A stretch of 64,000 nucleotides of DNA, taken from NCBI GenBank assembly GCA_032718475.1, contig JAUCBJ010008864.1:62001-126000 (forward strand), read 5' to 3'. Under the pieces are notes generated by a model. The model did not search any database. It saw only the letters and a list, made by a program, of their open reading frames with translations, and was not told the origin of the DNA. Each line of letters opens with the position of its first letter. Positions within the stretch are counted from its first letter, which is position 1. Origin of the DNA: Nemertoderma westbladi (taxonomy: Eukaryota; Animalia; Xenacoelomorpha). Made by a program: the position numbers and the translations under genes. Below are positions 1 to 12,546 of this stretch, one piece after another.

Positions 1-200
1 ATATTGGACTTCAAATCAGCCAATTGTTCCAGGGCCTTGGGTAATTGGATCGGGCGGGATTTTTTTTTTTTAATCGAAAATATATCAAAAAATAAGAGTT
101 TTGAACAGGGGGACCTGAAATTCACCAGGGGGAACTTTTTTTATAAGGCTTTGAATTTTTACAAAAGTCCAATATTGGACTTTAAGTCTAATTTTGGACG
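1..200. repeat. Palindromic AAGTCCAATATTGGACTT-type repeats (window starts inside a repeat element)
   Basis: ATATTGGACTT at 1-11, a perfect palindrome AAGTCCAATATTGGACTT at ~165-182 and a variant at ~185-199. Same motif as the array at 1720-1803. Confidence 0.6.
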
Positions 201-879
201 TGACATTGAGCATTGAGAATCAAACTTAAAGGTACATGAAGCATGACAGATGAGAGACAGCCAGACAGCTATTAAGTTATGGAAAGTTACCTTTGCAGCT
301 CTGTATGTATCTTCAGTGTACTGTACTTAGAATATAGGCTAAATGGTACATTCTAGCATTCTAGGTACTTTGTACTTTACTTTTAGCATATTGTTTACAT
401 TCATGTTATGTCTAACCTTACACCCTCATGTACCCAGGATTTTAAAGCAGTAGAGTCTTTAGGACTAGATTAGATTATGCTCCAACAAATATTTAATTAC
501 AAATTATATTTGGTGGAAACTGGTAGCAATGCCAGGTTTGCCAACAACAGCTGCTGCTAAGGCTAACTACAGTACAAGCTATGATTTCGTCTAAGCCTAT
601 GGGAGCCCAATCAGAAAGAAATACTACAAGTTGATGCTACCACCATCTCTTCTAATTTTTCCATACAACAGGAAGGGTGTTTTAAAACAGCTGTATAATG
701 AAAGGGGATTAGTAACTGATTAACGTGTTGGGGTCTCCACATAATAAGTACAGAAGTAAGAAGTAACACACGTCATAATTATAAACCAATTGAGGGAAAG
801 GAACAGGTTACAGAGGCAGGCTTTTCTAACTAAAACAATAAACGGCCACTTTTGACTTTACCAATTGAAGGAGCCCTAT

Positions 880-1330
880 CACCTCACCACCACATACTAC
901 TACTACAATCGGCATGCTGCATTACAGCTGCATTATATATATAGACCCTATTACTGTATTAAGAATGCTGTGCCGGCTTGTTGACAAAAGTGCGCCTCCA
1001 CAACTCCCTTACACTCTTACAGCCTTATCACCCATGACATTTGCTAGATCATCCGCATTTTCAAGGCCAGTGTCCTTTAAGACAGTAAGAAAGATGCATC
1101 TCAAGAAAGTCATGGGCTGTCCACCATGCTTATTCACTCCATGAGGTGCACTCTGCACTGGCTGGTCCTCACGGCTTAAAAGCGATGTCCTGCAAAGCGG
1201 AGGCGGCTTTGTTCTAGTGTCAAGCTTGGGGGAACCAATGACTGAATGAGACACCTCCAACTCCAATGTTATATAGTGTCTGGTTGGAGATGCAGAGATG
1301 TGTATATTGTACTTGACACAGTGAACTTAA
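880..1330 (-). mobile_element. RTE-clade LINE 3' fragment
   Basis: Minus-strand translation HGVNKHGGQPMTFLRC...LKDTGLENADDLANVMGD is homologous to the RTE C-terminus at 6607-6978. Confidence 0.8.
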
Positions 1331-1719
1331 TCAAAACAATTAGTCAATAAACATTAACTTAATTAGGCCTACATAATAGGTTACAGTTTTCAGTAGTCTT
1401 ATTTTTGCCATACGAAAATACCACAGGTATGGGTATGAATGAACTATACAGCTATAACTCAACTACCGCTACCGCGGTATACACCGCTAACGCTAAGGCA
1501 GTAAGGCTACCGCAAAGCCATACCACTACCGCAAAAAGTAACTACTGATGTCTGACTGTACGTGTGCAATCCCTGCTTATAATACTTATAATAATTAATT
1601 TGATCATTAAAATAATGTTGCATTGTAATTATGTAATATATATGTACTGATACGGGATGCAGTTTTGATTTAAATACCGATATACATTATGGCAGCATGG
1701 GTACACTTGGAGTTGTACT

Positions 1720-1803
1720 AAAGTCCAATATTGGACTTTGGAGTCCAAAATTGGACTTGAAGTCTAAAATTGGACTTGAAGTCCAATTTTTGACTTCTCA
1801 CCG
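1720..1803. repeat. Array of four ~19-20 bp palindromic AGTCCAAwATTGGACTT units, probable subterminal array of a non-autonomous DNA transposon
   Basis: aagtccaatattggactt/gagtccaaaattggactt/aagtctaaaattggactt/aagtccaatttttgactt, ending in CTCACCG. Confidence 0.55.
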
Positions 1804-2125
1804 ACTGACAGCCGCACGTACAGACGTACGCTGGTAGGTACCTACGTGGTACGCCTACGCGTACCGTACCGTACAGGCTTAGGCCATAGACCTACCGGTA
1901 TGTCTTTAAAATGGTAACTTACCGGTACGGGTACCTATAGGGGGTTCGAAACCAAGTAAAAATGGTTTTTTAGGAGAAGTCGAATCACTTCTATCCTGCT
2001 CGATTTCCAATCCTCTGCGTTTTGAGTTGTCGCCCATTTTCTATAGGCAGATCTAATCTACCTCTTAAAAGGATTAGGCCTACAGTCTGACAGTCAGACA
2101 GTTCTGGTATAATACAGTATTAGTC

Positions 2126-3602
2126 GGGTACATCTTTTGCGTAGAGGTATAGCCTACATAGAGGCTTCATGTAGGTATGTGTAGCCTACATGTAGATGCA
2201 CGTGTAGGGTGAATGTAGGTAGGTGTAGTCCCATAGATATTAATGTAATTTATGTGTCAACTTGCAGTAACGTGATACACGGTCGTCAATCAGGATGTAT
2301 GGCAATAATCTCTGATCTCCACGGTACAATACGGTACATCAACCTGCAGACCTGTCTGCTGTCAGACAACAGGTTTTACTGCATACTGCAGTACTGTATA
2401 AATATCAAACATCGCGTTCTGATTATACTAAAGTCCCTTACTCGTCATAAATATTATGCCCTAATAACTCTACCCCTCTCTGCCCCTCTTTATCTGTTTA
2501 TCAACCATACATCCATGGGACTTGAACAGTACTTCAGCATTGAAATGTTTTGGACGTTTTGTTTTGAAAGTAAAAATATAGAAGTCTGGAAGTTTTGTTT
2601 GTTTTAATTTTTCAGGCAGTCACATTCCACCAACCAGCAACAGTCCCATCCCTTCCCACTATCCCGCGGACCACCACACTGTTTCATTATAAAGTATTCC
2701 CATCTCGATGATGGGAATTAATCAGTAATCCGATGGGATTCAAATCCCATCTCGAAGTAACAGCAAAACAATAACACGAAAGTCAATAGCTTTACAGTTA
2801 TATTTGATTGCATTGAAAGTTAATAGAAAGAAGAAGTTAAATTGCTTATCCATTAAAATATCATGAAATTGATACGGCAGTTTAGTAGATTAAAACGGCC
2901 ACAGCAAGATTTATAAAATGAAAAATAAGTAAAATCAGCACAGCACACAATATTATCAATATAGACATTGAAGACAATTTAATAAACAAATACTATAAAA
3001 AAATATCTACTAACAATCAATACATGATATATATAATATATATATACATCAGCGACTACCATCGCCACTCTGGTTCAATCAGTCAGTCCGGTATCATTGT
3101 TAGCGTTTTGTTGAATTACCCACTCATCCTCAGACCCTCATGGACACCGACGACGAGCTCTAACCCTAACCGTTAGTCGATTCCTCCTTGACTGGAAACA
3201 TCAGGTTCGGGCCGTTCGGCCCATACAAAGTCATTAGCCTCCATGCCTGAACCCGCAGGATCATAAGATCTACAGTATGTATCGGTATATCGTTCAGTCG
3301 TTTTTTCCTTTGTCAGTATTGTAGAATTGATAGGCTCCGTCTCGTGGGTATTCAGGGGACCCCCATTCGACGTATTCGCATCTCCTCCTGGTTGTTTCGG
3401 GTACCACCGCCCGCCATATGCGCATCTCATCGAGGAAGTTCGGGTCCGGGTACCCCGTGTAGGCCTATTCATTCATCATTGTTGTTTTTAAAGACCTACC
3501 TACACCTACCTACATTCACCCTACACGTGCATCTACATGTAGGCTACACATACCTACATGTAGCCTCTATGTAGGCTATACCTCTACGCAAAAGTTATAC
3601 CC
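2126..3602. mobile_element. Non-autonomous Mutator-like (MULE) DNA transposon, 1477 bp
   Basis: ~103-bp terminal inverted repeats (2126-2228 / 3500-3602, GGGTA...TACCC, ~3 mismatches) flanked by a perfect 9-bp direct repeat GTATTAGTC (2117-2125, 3603-3611). No transposase inside. Confidence 0.85.
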
Positions 3603-3831
3603 GTATTAGTCGTAGGCCATATGATTAGTCCTTGCCAAACTCTGATTTTAAAAGCCTCATACAGTCAGACAGTCATACCTGCATAGGGCCTACTCTGATA
3701 AATAATGTTATCTGATCTGATTACTCTTATAAAGTTCAGAAGTTCTAGATTTTTAGTCAGGAAGTAAATACTGTAGTTTAGTTATAATTGATAATTCTTG
3801 TTAATACATTTCAGCATTTTGATGAAATGAC

Positions 3832-4325
3832 ATGTGGGGCGAGCGACGAAAGTACTGAAGTAAGCGAGCTTAGCATACAGGTAACACTAACTCAATCGGT
3901 GTGTCTGTTGCTCTGTCGATCTGTTGTTCTGTCGTTCTGTCGATCTGTTGTTCTGTTGTGTCCAATTTTAAACGTTAATACTGTAATAACTCAGCCAAAT
4001 GTTAATGAAATTTAACCAAACTTGGTACACATGTAGTCTGGCCAAAGTTTAGAAATTTTCCAAGTTGAATTTCCGTGTGGCCTTCGAGAAGCTAAGATAA
4101 TAGCAATTAATTAGTTTATTAAGTTGATTACGGTAAAAACTGCATTTTCAACCTGCCTGTTAAAGAAAATTAATTATTTTACAGTATAAGATTTAAATAA
4201 TTATACTTAAAAATTATACAGATGTAATCCACATACCCCATTCTATTATAGTTTTTAATTAGTTCAAGTGATTTGCTTTAATAAATGTGTCTTTAATTGA
4301 TCTAAACGTAATTAAAGCGGCAAAA
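3832..4325 (+). mobile_element. Interspersed repeat with CTGTCG/CTGTT microsatellite (DINE-1/HINE-like Helentron derivative, tentative)
   Basis: Starts TGTGGGGCGAGC, carries a (ctgtcg/ctgtt) microsatellite at ~3905-3960, and has a diverged inverted copy at 7300-7776. Confidence 0.5.
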
Positions 4326-4882
4326 TTATTGAGTACAAATTTAATCCTTCCCATTATTGGTCAACATAGTCTCTGCGGGGTGTAGAGCTGCTAGCTGGCT
4401 CGGAGATGGTGGTGTAGCCTTACCAGAGGCGAATTGTACTGTAATAGGCAGCCAGTAGTATTGCTATAGCAACCCAGACATAACTCCAACCATACACTGC
4501 CTGTATTTCAATTCCTATTGACTCTCTCTACTACAAATGTTGTATTACTTACTATCTCAGGTGACAGAAGATATAATGACTGTTGTAGGCTTATATCTGA
4601 AATAGTTTATTCCGCAATATATTTGTCTGGTTATTTTTTAATTGAATCTTTGCAAAGTAGTAAAATTAATGTTCTTAAAAATAATATTATTATTTTATAT
4701 GTAACTTAGGAAATTAGCTACATATTTTCGCTGCAGCTTTAAGAGTGTACATTATTTCAATACCCATACAGTATTACTACATCGGCATATGATGCGTTGG
4801 CGTTGTATCACACATCTCCACATATATGTATCAGCAGTTACTCGCACAGTTTCGAAACTTCGCATAGTTATAACTGTATATA

Positions 4883-5197
4883 GATCGTCAGTCTTGGTTT
4901 AGGAAAAATATTTTAATGCAAAACAGGACGAGCGACGAGCGCAACGAGGCATAAATGAAGACAAGTACTGTGTAGACTATATTCCTATTAACCATAACTG
5001 GCTTCGCCTATTGAAGGCATCAGTAGTTATAAAGATCGTCCGTCAGTCTGCGTTTAGGAAATACAGTATGTTTAAATACAAAACAGGACGAGCACAACGA
5101 CGTTTATAATAATGAAGACGAGTACTGCCTACAGCGTTGATTATATTTCTATAACCATACCTGGCTTCGCCTATTGAAGGCATCGGTAGTTATAAAG
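4883..5197 (+). repeat. Tandem duplication of a ~150-160 bp unit
   Basis: agatcgtc...aaaacaggacgagc...aatgaagac...ctggcttcgcctattgaaggcatc.gtagttataaag occurs twice. Confidence 0.75.
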
Positions 5198-5990
5198 TAC
5201 TGGTGGGGGGGGGGGGGGGGGGGGGGGCAGTTAAAAGGGGTGAACACGTACTGTCCCTCTTTCTTTGATTGATTGGTGGTGTGGGTAAATTTCTCAAAAC
5301 CTGATTTTGTGATACAGTCGCTCAATTTTAATCTGTATCTGATAACTGAGCCTCGTCCTGCGCGATGGCCCCACGAACGTGTCATTATTGCGCATAGGAA
5401 ATTCTGAATTTATTTACTACATACTGTACTACTGTATATGATGATATTAATGTCATGTACTTTTTTTGCATTTATTAAAAAAGGTAGTTTTCGTCGGTCG
5501 TTAGGCCTTGTATTAGGAGTACACATTTCATCAAAAAATATTAAAAATTGGCCGAAGAGTAGCATTTTTAATTTCGTAGGAATGAAAAAATTCCATTCCG
5601 AAATAATTGCCTTTAAAGTTTGAAACTTTCCGCGCAAAAACTGTCTGTTGATATGTGAGAATGACTGTCAATATACGTATATCTAGCAACAAGAAAGCAC
5701 AAACTCATGCTAAGATTTTTGCAATGGGGGTTTTCCTGGTCGCTGATTTAATTTCTGAGGCCAGTTTTTACTTTTAATGAAATCTAGTTTGTCTGTAGGT
5801 CTGTCTGTCGTTCTTTCTGACTATATCCGACTATCTGTCTGTCAAATATAAGAAAAAGGCACACCATCTAGCTAAAAGTTTAGCTATAGGGGTTTTGCTG
5901 GTCGCAGAATTCATGTCGAGTGTCAATTTTAACATTTGATTACTTTCAAATTGTCTGTTTGGCTGTCAGATTGTCGATTATATTAATATT

Positions 5991-6978
5991 TTGACACTTA
6001 TTGCACCATTCTTGTTCATAATTGTGGTTGACTATGTTCTACGCATGTCCTTAGATGATAACAATGATGATGGGGTGATGGTAACTCCACCTACTGGCTC
6101 CAGAATTCGAGGAAATCCTGCCAAGTACATAACTAATCTAGACTTTGCTGATGACTTAGGAGTACTCTCAGAATCACTAGAGGGTGAGGGAGCCCAACGG
6201 CTCACCAGCTCATTAGAACAGGCAACAGGCCGTTTCTATTGTTGGTCTTTTTATTAACTACAAAAACACCAAAATTTCACAGTTAACGTTGAAAGTCCTT
6301 GACTTGAAGTCTGACCGGATGAGCATAAGCTCAAAGGGTGGTATGCTTGAGCATAATGACTTCTGTTACCTGGGATCATGGAACCGGAAGTCAGGTATGA
6401 GGTGAGGACCTTCGAATACGCAAGGGAAAGGCATGGTCAGCCTTGAATACGCATTCCAAGATTTGGAAGTTACACAGAATTCATCGGAAACTTAAGGTCC
6501 GATTATTTAGAGCAGCAGTTGTTCCAGTACTATATTCCTCTGTGGCAGTCCATGCTGGGCTCTAACTGCCGAGTACACCAAATTTCTGGATGAGACATTC
6601 ACAAGAATGCTACGTCGGGTTCACTGTGTCAAGTACAATGCACACAATTCCAACAAGACACTTATATGTAACATTGGATGTGTCTCATTGGTTCCCCCAA
6701 GCTTGACACTAGAACGGAGCCGCCTCCGCTTTGCAGGACATTGTTTTCGCCGTGAGGACAAGCCAGTGCATAATCATGTGCTTTGGCAACCCATTGGAGC
6801 AAATAAGCATGGTGGACAGCCCATGACTTTCGTGACACGCCGCCTAAAGAACATTGGCCTTAAAGATACGGATAATCTCGCGAAAGTCATGGGGCATAGG
6901 GAGTTGTGGAGGTGCAACTTTGTGGAAAAGTCGGCATACTGTAGCATTCTTAATGCACGCTGCATTGCATGGTGGTGA
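5991..6978 (+). mobile_element. 5'-truncated, degenerate RTE-clade LINE (RT core to C-terminus)
   Basis: TLIAPFLFIIVVDYVLR, LDFADDL and RLRFAGHCFRREDKPVHNHVLWQP motifs, with frameshifts. Confidence 0.85.
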
Positions 6979-7029
6979 CAAAATATTTTTGTTAAGTTGG
7001 CATAGCATCTCCATGTCCAGTTTCAATGC

Positions 7030-7178
7030 AGCAGGCCGATTGTAGTATATATTATGAATGCTGTGCCGGTTTGTCGAGAAAATTGCGCCGCCACAACTCC
7101 CTATCACCAATGACATTTGCTAAATAATCCGCAGCTTTAAGATGCGTCTCAAGAAAGTCATGGGCTGTACACCGTGGA
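7030..7178 (-). mobile_element. Short inverted RTE 3' fragment
   Basis: Reverse complement of ~6810-6960 (ccacaactccct...atgacatttgcta...aagaaagtcatgggctgt). Confidence 0.7.
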
Positions 7179-7299
7179 TGTAATTACCCATTGCTCAAGT
7201 AGTGGTGAAGTGGTTGGACTGGTTCCCAGCTAGGCTAGGCAATAGCAAGCATGCCAAGGAATTAGGAAGCTGGAAGTATAGAGTGACCTGGGTATTTTA

Positions 7300-7776
7300 A
7301 TAACTTAATTAAGTTTAGATCAATTTAAAACACATTTCTTAAAGGAAAGCACCTGCAACTATACTGGAATGGGGTATGGGGATTACAGATGTATCATTTT
7401 TAAGTACAGTATAATTATTTAAATCTTACAGTATACTAGAAAATATTTAATTGCGATTAAAAGCAAGGATGAAAATGCTGTTTTTTTTATACCGTAATCA
7501 ATTTAATTAACTGCTTTTATTTTAGCTTCTCGAAGGGCACACACAAATTCAACTTTGAAAATTTCTAAACTTTTCCCAAACGACATGTGTAGGCCTACCA
7601 ACTTTGATTAGATATCATCGAGGATTGGCCGAGTTATTATTATTAGTAAAGTTTAAAATTGGTACAACAGAATTGAAATAACAGAACGACAGAACAACTG
7701 AACTGCACCGATTGAATTAGTGCTACCGGTATGCTGAGCTCCCAGAGCTCGTTTACTTTAGTGGCTCGCCCCACAA
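7300..7776 (-). mobile_element. Second (inverted) copy of the 3832-4325 repeat
   Basis: Ends GCTCGCCCCACA. Collinear reverse-complement similarity over ~480 bp, including the acagaacgacagaac microsatellite. Confidence 0.65.
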
Positions 7777-9195
7777 ATACAGTGAATCCTCTGGGGTTTC
7801 CAACGCAACCCTAATTTCTTCAATAAAGTTTCGGACACCTTTATGTAGTGTAATCGAGGGCCCTGGTAGAAATTTTTTAGTTTAACACGTTGGAGATAAT
7901 TTGAAGATAAGTCGAGTGAAATAAACTAATTCGACACCAAGGAATAACCTATAATAGGCCTACTGTTTGTCTAAATATCTATCCTGTTTGGAAAGTTCGA
8001 AAATACGCCCTTTTTAGCTAACTGCAGGTGAAAAATAAAATACTTAATTAAAAAAATTCATATAAATGTTATTTTAAAAAATATGTAATTGTCATCCAAG
8101 CACCTTACAGTATAATATTGGAGTAGAAAAACTTCTAGTATTCCTATTCCACTACAGTAATTTTAGACTAATTCGAACCGCAATATTCTATTAACTAACT
8201 TTCTATTACCCTCGAAACAAAAGGGATTTGTTCTTATAATATGAAAAATATATGTGAAACTCAAGAGCGAACAAGTTTACTCCTATGATGGTGTTCGCGA
8301 ACAACCACTATGTTGATTAGTTGATTAATGAGATTCGATTGTTTTCAGAGGAATATTTTGTGGTGATTATGTCTAGAGTAGTACGGAATCATTTTGAAAA
8401 TTAAATGTTGATAATTTTCCCATAGAGGGGAAAACAGAAACACCGGCCTAAGCCTATTTCCAATTTTGACCATAGGTTAACAATTATCTTTTATGGAATA
8501 GCACACGAATTACTCTATAGACCTAATATTTAATTTCTATGGTATTTAGGCCTTCACTTACTACACTTATTATACTACAATTACTCCGACATTACAATTA
8601 AATCCAATTTAATACAGTGTTATACTGTATACTCTCATGACATAACCTTCTATGTATAAAATTGAAATAGGTACGAAACTACTTAATTAGATGATATCAA
8701 TCACATGAAAATATAATTATTTTATTATATAGGGTGTCCCACTCACACAAGACAATATATTTTAATATAACGATAACAATACAATATAACGAAAAAGTTA
8801 TAAAGTAGGTGTAAAACAACAGTAATGTAGGAAGGAACACCCGATATAAATTATCTTTTAAACCATGTTAAAAGTTTGAGTGATGATGAGGCTAATACTT
8901 TTTTCGACGTAGGGTATAGACCAGTAACTGGTGTAGATCTCCAAGAAAGTAAATTGTTATCAATTACAGCTACAGGGTTGCTGCCTGAAAGTTTTCGAGC
9001 TGATATTATGATTGCATATTGTCAATCGAATTCATTCAACATTTGATGGTCTCAGAAATTCAATGCCGAAATCCGTTTTTAATTTCATCGTAATTCATCG
9101 GAGTAAATCAAGATTAAAATTCAAATGAATTCAAATTCTCATCTCGGCCTGTGATTGTCTTAACGTCACAACTCACCTCCTGAAATGATTGGGGG

Positions 9196-9360
9196 ACGTT
9201 AGTGCCCGCGGGTACTAATGTCTCAGGACTTTAGTGCCCGCGAGTCATTAGTGCCTGGGAACCATGTCTGCAAGTGAGACGATCGTGCCCCGAGTCATTA
9301 GTGCCCGGGAACCATGTCTGCAAGTGAGACGTTAGTGCCCGCGAGTTATTAGAGCCCGCA
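9196..9360. repeat. Short TTAGTGCCCG repeat array with a ~51-bp duplicated unit
   Basis: cgagtcattagtgccygggaaccatgtctgcaagtgagacg occurs twice, with multiple ttagtgcccgcg motifs. Confidence 0.65.
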
Positions 9361-9782
9361 TTGTATTTGAAAGATAGGCAATATATGTAGCTGGATATGT
9401 ATGACATGTATTGGAAAAATGTTTGAAGCCAGACGAACTCATTGCCGATAATAATTGCTTTGGATATTTATGCTATATAATTATGCTAAAATTAATGATT
9501 AAATAAATTGGAGTTGAGCTGTTCCATTTCTGAACAAACTTTAATATTACATCAAAAATTAATAATGTCGCATAAACATGTTATAATTTTATTTTACTAT
9601 AATACTAGAAATGCATTTCCTAAAGGAAATGCAACCACGAAGCTAAGGAAAATTAAACAAACGTTGACTCATCAGATCATTGATTTACCTAGTTAAAAGC
9701 AATATGTCTTAAATTCCGATTACCATGGCAACTGGAGTTTTCTAGAACTGCTGAGTTTTACATTAAGATCCGGTTTGTGCTT

Positions 9783-10553
9783 TGTAAAAGCTTTTGGGGA
9801 TATAACTGGCCTTTTCCATTTGTAATCCAGTTTTCCCCATTCGCTCAAATCCTCTAAACTGTTGCTTCTAGTGGCACAATCTGCCCGCTGGTTGGCTGAT
9901 TTGCTGTACGCATGGCCTCTTTGTCCTGTTCGATTAACCAATCAGAACAATGATCGACCAATCAGAGCGATTTAGCCTTGTGTTGGCTATGGGCTGCAAA
10001 GGCTAGGGAGGTTTGGCATTTAGACATTCATGGAACTTATAGAAACTGGAACTCTGCCAATGAGAGCTTCTCCTCTTTGTGTTGAAAGCTACCTGCAACA
10101 GCTCACAGGGTTCAGTGTGTTGGTTTTCCTGATGCCATGAACATCGGCTATGGAACTATTCTGAATTATTCCAACATTAGAACGGCTTTAATTATAAGAA
10201 CACATAACTGTTACCGGCACGGTACGAGACACTAAGAACACATAACGGTACGGTACGTATTGCACATTATTTACTGCTATTTGCTGTTTGTTATTAATTG
10301 TATCGGTTGTTTACATATTGTTATTTGGAGAATAACGATAAACGATCAGAAACCCCGATCTTCTTGATACACTAAGGTTAGAGAGACCGGCTACATATAG
10401 CAATTGCAACTTATATTATCGTGGTTTGTAGTGAATTGAATGCTATTTTATAGGCCCTACAAATGTCGGTTGCTGTTCTCTTTATATATGATTAAAATCA
10501 GTGACTATCGGCAATTCAGTGTGCAGCGGTGTGCAATAGTCTGTATGTGCTTG
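9783..10553 (+). repeat. BEL-1 5' LTR (last ~11 bp lost by deletion)
   Basis: Starts TGTAAAAGC and matches 15785-16560 with about 10 differences. Match stops at TATGTGCTTG and runs directly into mid-gag sequence. Confidence 0.92.
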
Positions 10554-10635
10554 GATTATAGAGTTTTCCGATGAGATTCAGGAGATCTGCCGACAATTAG
10601 ATTGGATAGGTAAGTCTCATGAGTATCAGAGTGCT

Positions 10636-12546
10636 ATGGTTATTAGAGCAGTGACTTCTACTTTACCGAAGGGTGGAGTAGGTACACGTTGGGACAAGAA
10701 AGTGTTATATATGATGGAACAACAACAACGAGACCCTACCATGGCTGATCTCATGTCATTCTTGGACGGCGAAGTGAAATTACAGCTCATAAAGCAGTCC
10801 AGAGAGAAGACATCGGAAAGTAATGTAAGTGAGAAACCCGTTTCTAGAAGAAAAGTAACACCAGTGTGTTATATAGACGACGGCGAAAGCCAACTCTCTC
10901 AGGGAGAGGACAGCGGGAAAGACACTGAAAGATCTTACTATGACCACAAAGCGACTAAGGACGTAAGTAAATTCAAGTCTCGAACCAATGACAGGAGAGA
11001 ACAGGTAAGAAAAACTCCTCCTACGTCTCCTAAGAGAATTCAAGTAAGAGAGCCCGAAGAAAGAACGAGTGTGCACAACGTTACTCAAAGTAAGGTAAGT
11101 AACATCAAACCAAAATGTGTGCTGTGCGACGGGCCCCACCGTTTGAATATGTGTGATAAATTCCTAAAGAAATCATTAAAGGATAGACGTGAAGTCATGT
11201 GGGATAAGCGGTTGTGTTATAATTGCCTCAGACGAGGACACCAACGGCGAACCTGTTACTCCGACGCAAGGTGTGCAAAGTGCGGCGCAAAACATCATAT
11301 CTTGTTGCACACGGAATTCGAACGAAACAGCCCGAGTCAGGTAAGTGAGTCCGAACTACATGTCCAATTCAGTGATGTGAACGACACTGACCAATATTCT
11401 GAGATGGAGGGATTCTATACGGACGAATTCTCCGACGAAAACGAATCCTGTTACCTGACAAATACCGCAGTGTATCGAGCACTTACGTATGAAAAGGACA
11501 CCGACAGCGAGCTCCCCCTAACTACTTCTGACCGACAACCATCTTGGAAAGCACCAACTTCCAATGTAGGAATCCGAGAATTTCCTGTAGTACAGTTAAG
11601 GGTCCACGGACCTACAAGGAGTTATATAGTGAACGCCCTCCTTGACTCCGGTAGCACAGGAACATTCATCGACAAAGAACTAGCCGAAGACATCTTTGCT
11701 GGACAACCCAAGTTCCGAACTAAGCTAAACATGTCAGGAATTATGCAGGTTTGGAAATCTACCGTAATAGCGGATTATTATGTAGGCGCGTTGTCCACCC
11801 CCCAGGATGAACTAGGAGAACACAGCATAAGGTCAGTAAAAATGGTAGCGATAAAGAACTTCGCGACCAGCCAAGTGGAACCTTATAACTGGGATGAGGA
11901 CGATTTCACCCAGCAGCTTGAAATACCTAGATTCAACACCGATTACCCTGGAGTCCAAATACTCATCGGTCAAAATGCGCATGAAGCGCTCGAGACATTG
12001 GAGAAACGGCCTGCTCAACCGCAACCACTACAAGTCTATGCGGGAAGAACTAGAGTAGGTTGGTACTTTACTGGCCCTTCTCGTAGAACTCTTATGGAAA
12101 GATTACCAAAAGAACAGGTATATCAATTAAGTGAACGGGAAGTGGAGAGCAGTGAAGTTGACGACCCAACTGAGGGAACACCATACTCCTCAGATAATGA
12201 CGACATCAACTCCAATGTAGATCAATGGAGACATTGCCCCGAGACGATCAATCTAGCCGACATCGCTTCCAGAGGAGCAACTCCTCAAGAACTTACAGAT
12301 ACTCCAGACCGGTTAGGTGGACCCGACTTCCTAAGTAAAGAAGATGAATGGCCTCCTCATCTTACCCCGGTGAAGATTAGACAGGCCAAGGGAGCGGAGA
12401 AAGTAACACAACCACTCAATCGCCCAGCTGGTCGTTTATGTTTACTGGAAAGAGACCGAAAACTGTCCGGAAACTATGGAAGGCAAGATACTCTTCCCAC
12501 GACCACCTCCCTAATCCAACAAATATCTAGGGACTCCATAACGTAA
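10636..12546 (+). CDS. gag-pol: BEL/Pao Gag C-terminal part plus aspartic protease, fused to post-RNase H and integrase C-terminal remnants (RT, RNase H and IN core deleted)
   Basis: CVLCDGPHRLNMC, CYNCLRRGHQRRTC and CAKCGAKHHILLH knuckles; ALLDSGS protease; QWRHCPETINLADIASRG; LNRPAGRLCLLE. Confidence 0.85.
   Translation: MVIRAVTSTLPKGGVGTRWDKKVLYMMEQQQRDPTMADLMSFLDGEVKLQLIKQSREKTSESNVSEKPVSRRKVTPVCYIDDGESQLSQGEDSGKDTERSYYDHKATKDVSKFKSRTNDRREQVRKTPPTSPKRIQVREPEERTSVHNVTQSKVSNIKPKCVLCDGPHRLNMCDKFLKKSLKDRREVMWDKRLCYNCLRRGHQRRTCYSDARCAKCGAKHHILLHTEFERNSPSQVSESELHVQFSDVNDTDQYSEMEGFYTDEFSDENESCYLTNTAVYRALTYEKDTDSELPLTTSDRQPSWKAPTSNVGIREFPVVQLRVHGPTRSYIVNALLDSGSTGTFIDKELAEDIFAGQPKFRTKLNMSGIMQVWKSTVIADYYVGALSTPQDELGEHSIRSVKMVAIKNFATSQVEPYNWDEDDFTQQLEIPRFNTDYPGVQILIGQNAHEALETLEKRPAQPQPLQVYAGRTRVGWYFTGPSRRTLMERLPKEQVYQLSEREVESSEVDDPTEGTPYSSDNDDINSNVDQWRHCPETINLADIASRGATPQELTDTPDRLGGPDFLSKEDEWPPHLTPVKIRQAKGAEKVTQPLNRPAGRLCLLERDRKLSGNYGRQDTLPTTTSLIQQISRDSIT

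Noticed and set aside
5204-5227. Poly-G runs (also ~17416-17441 and ~51580-51601) giving poly-Pro/Gly ORFs or G-quadruplexes
   Set aside because: Simple homopolymers in repeat DNA with unreliable length; no supporting context.
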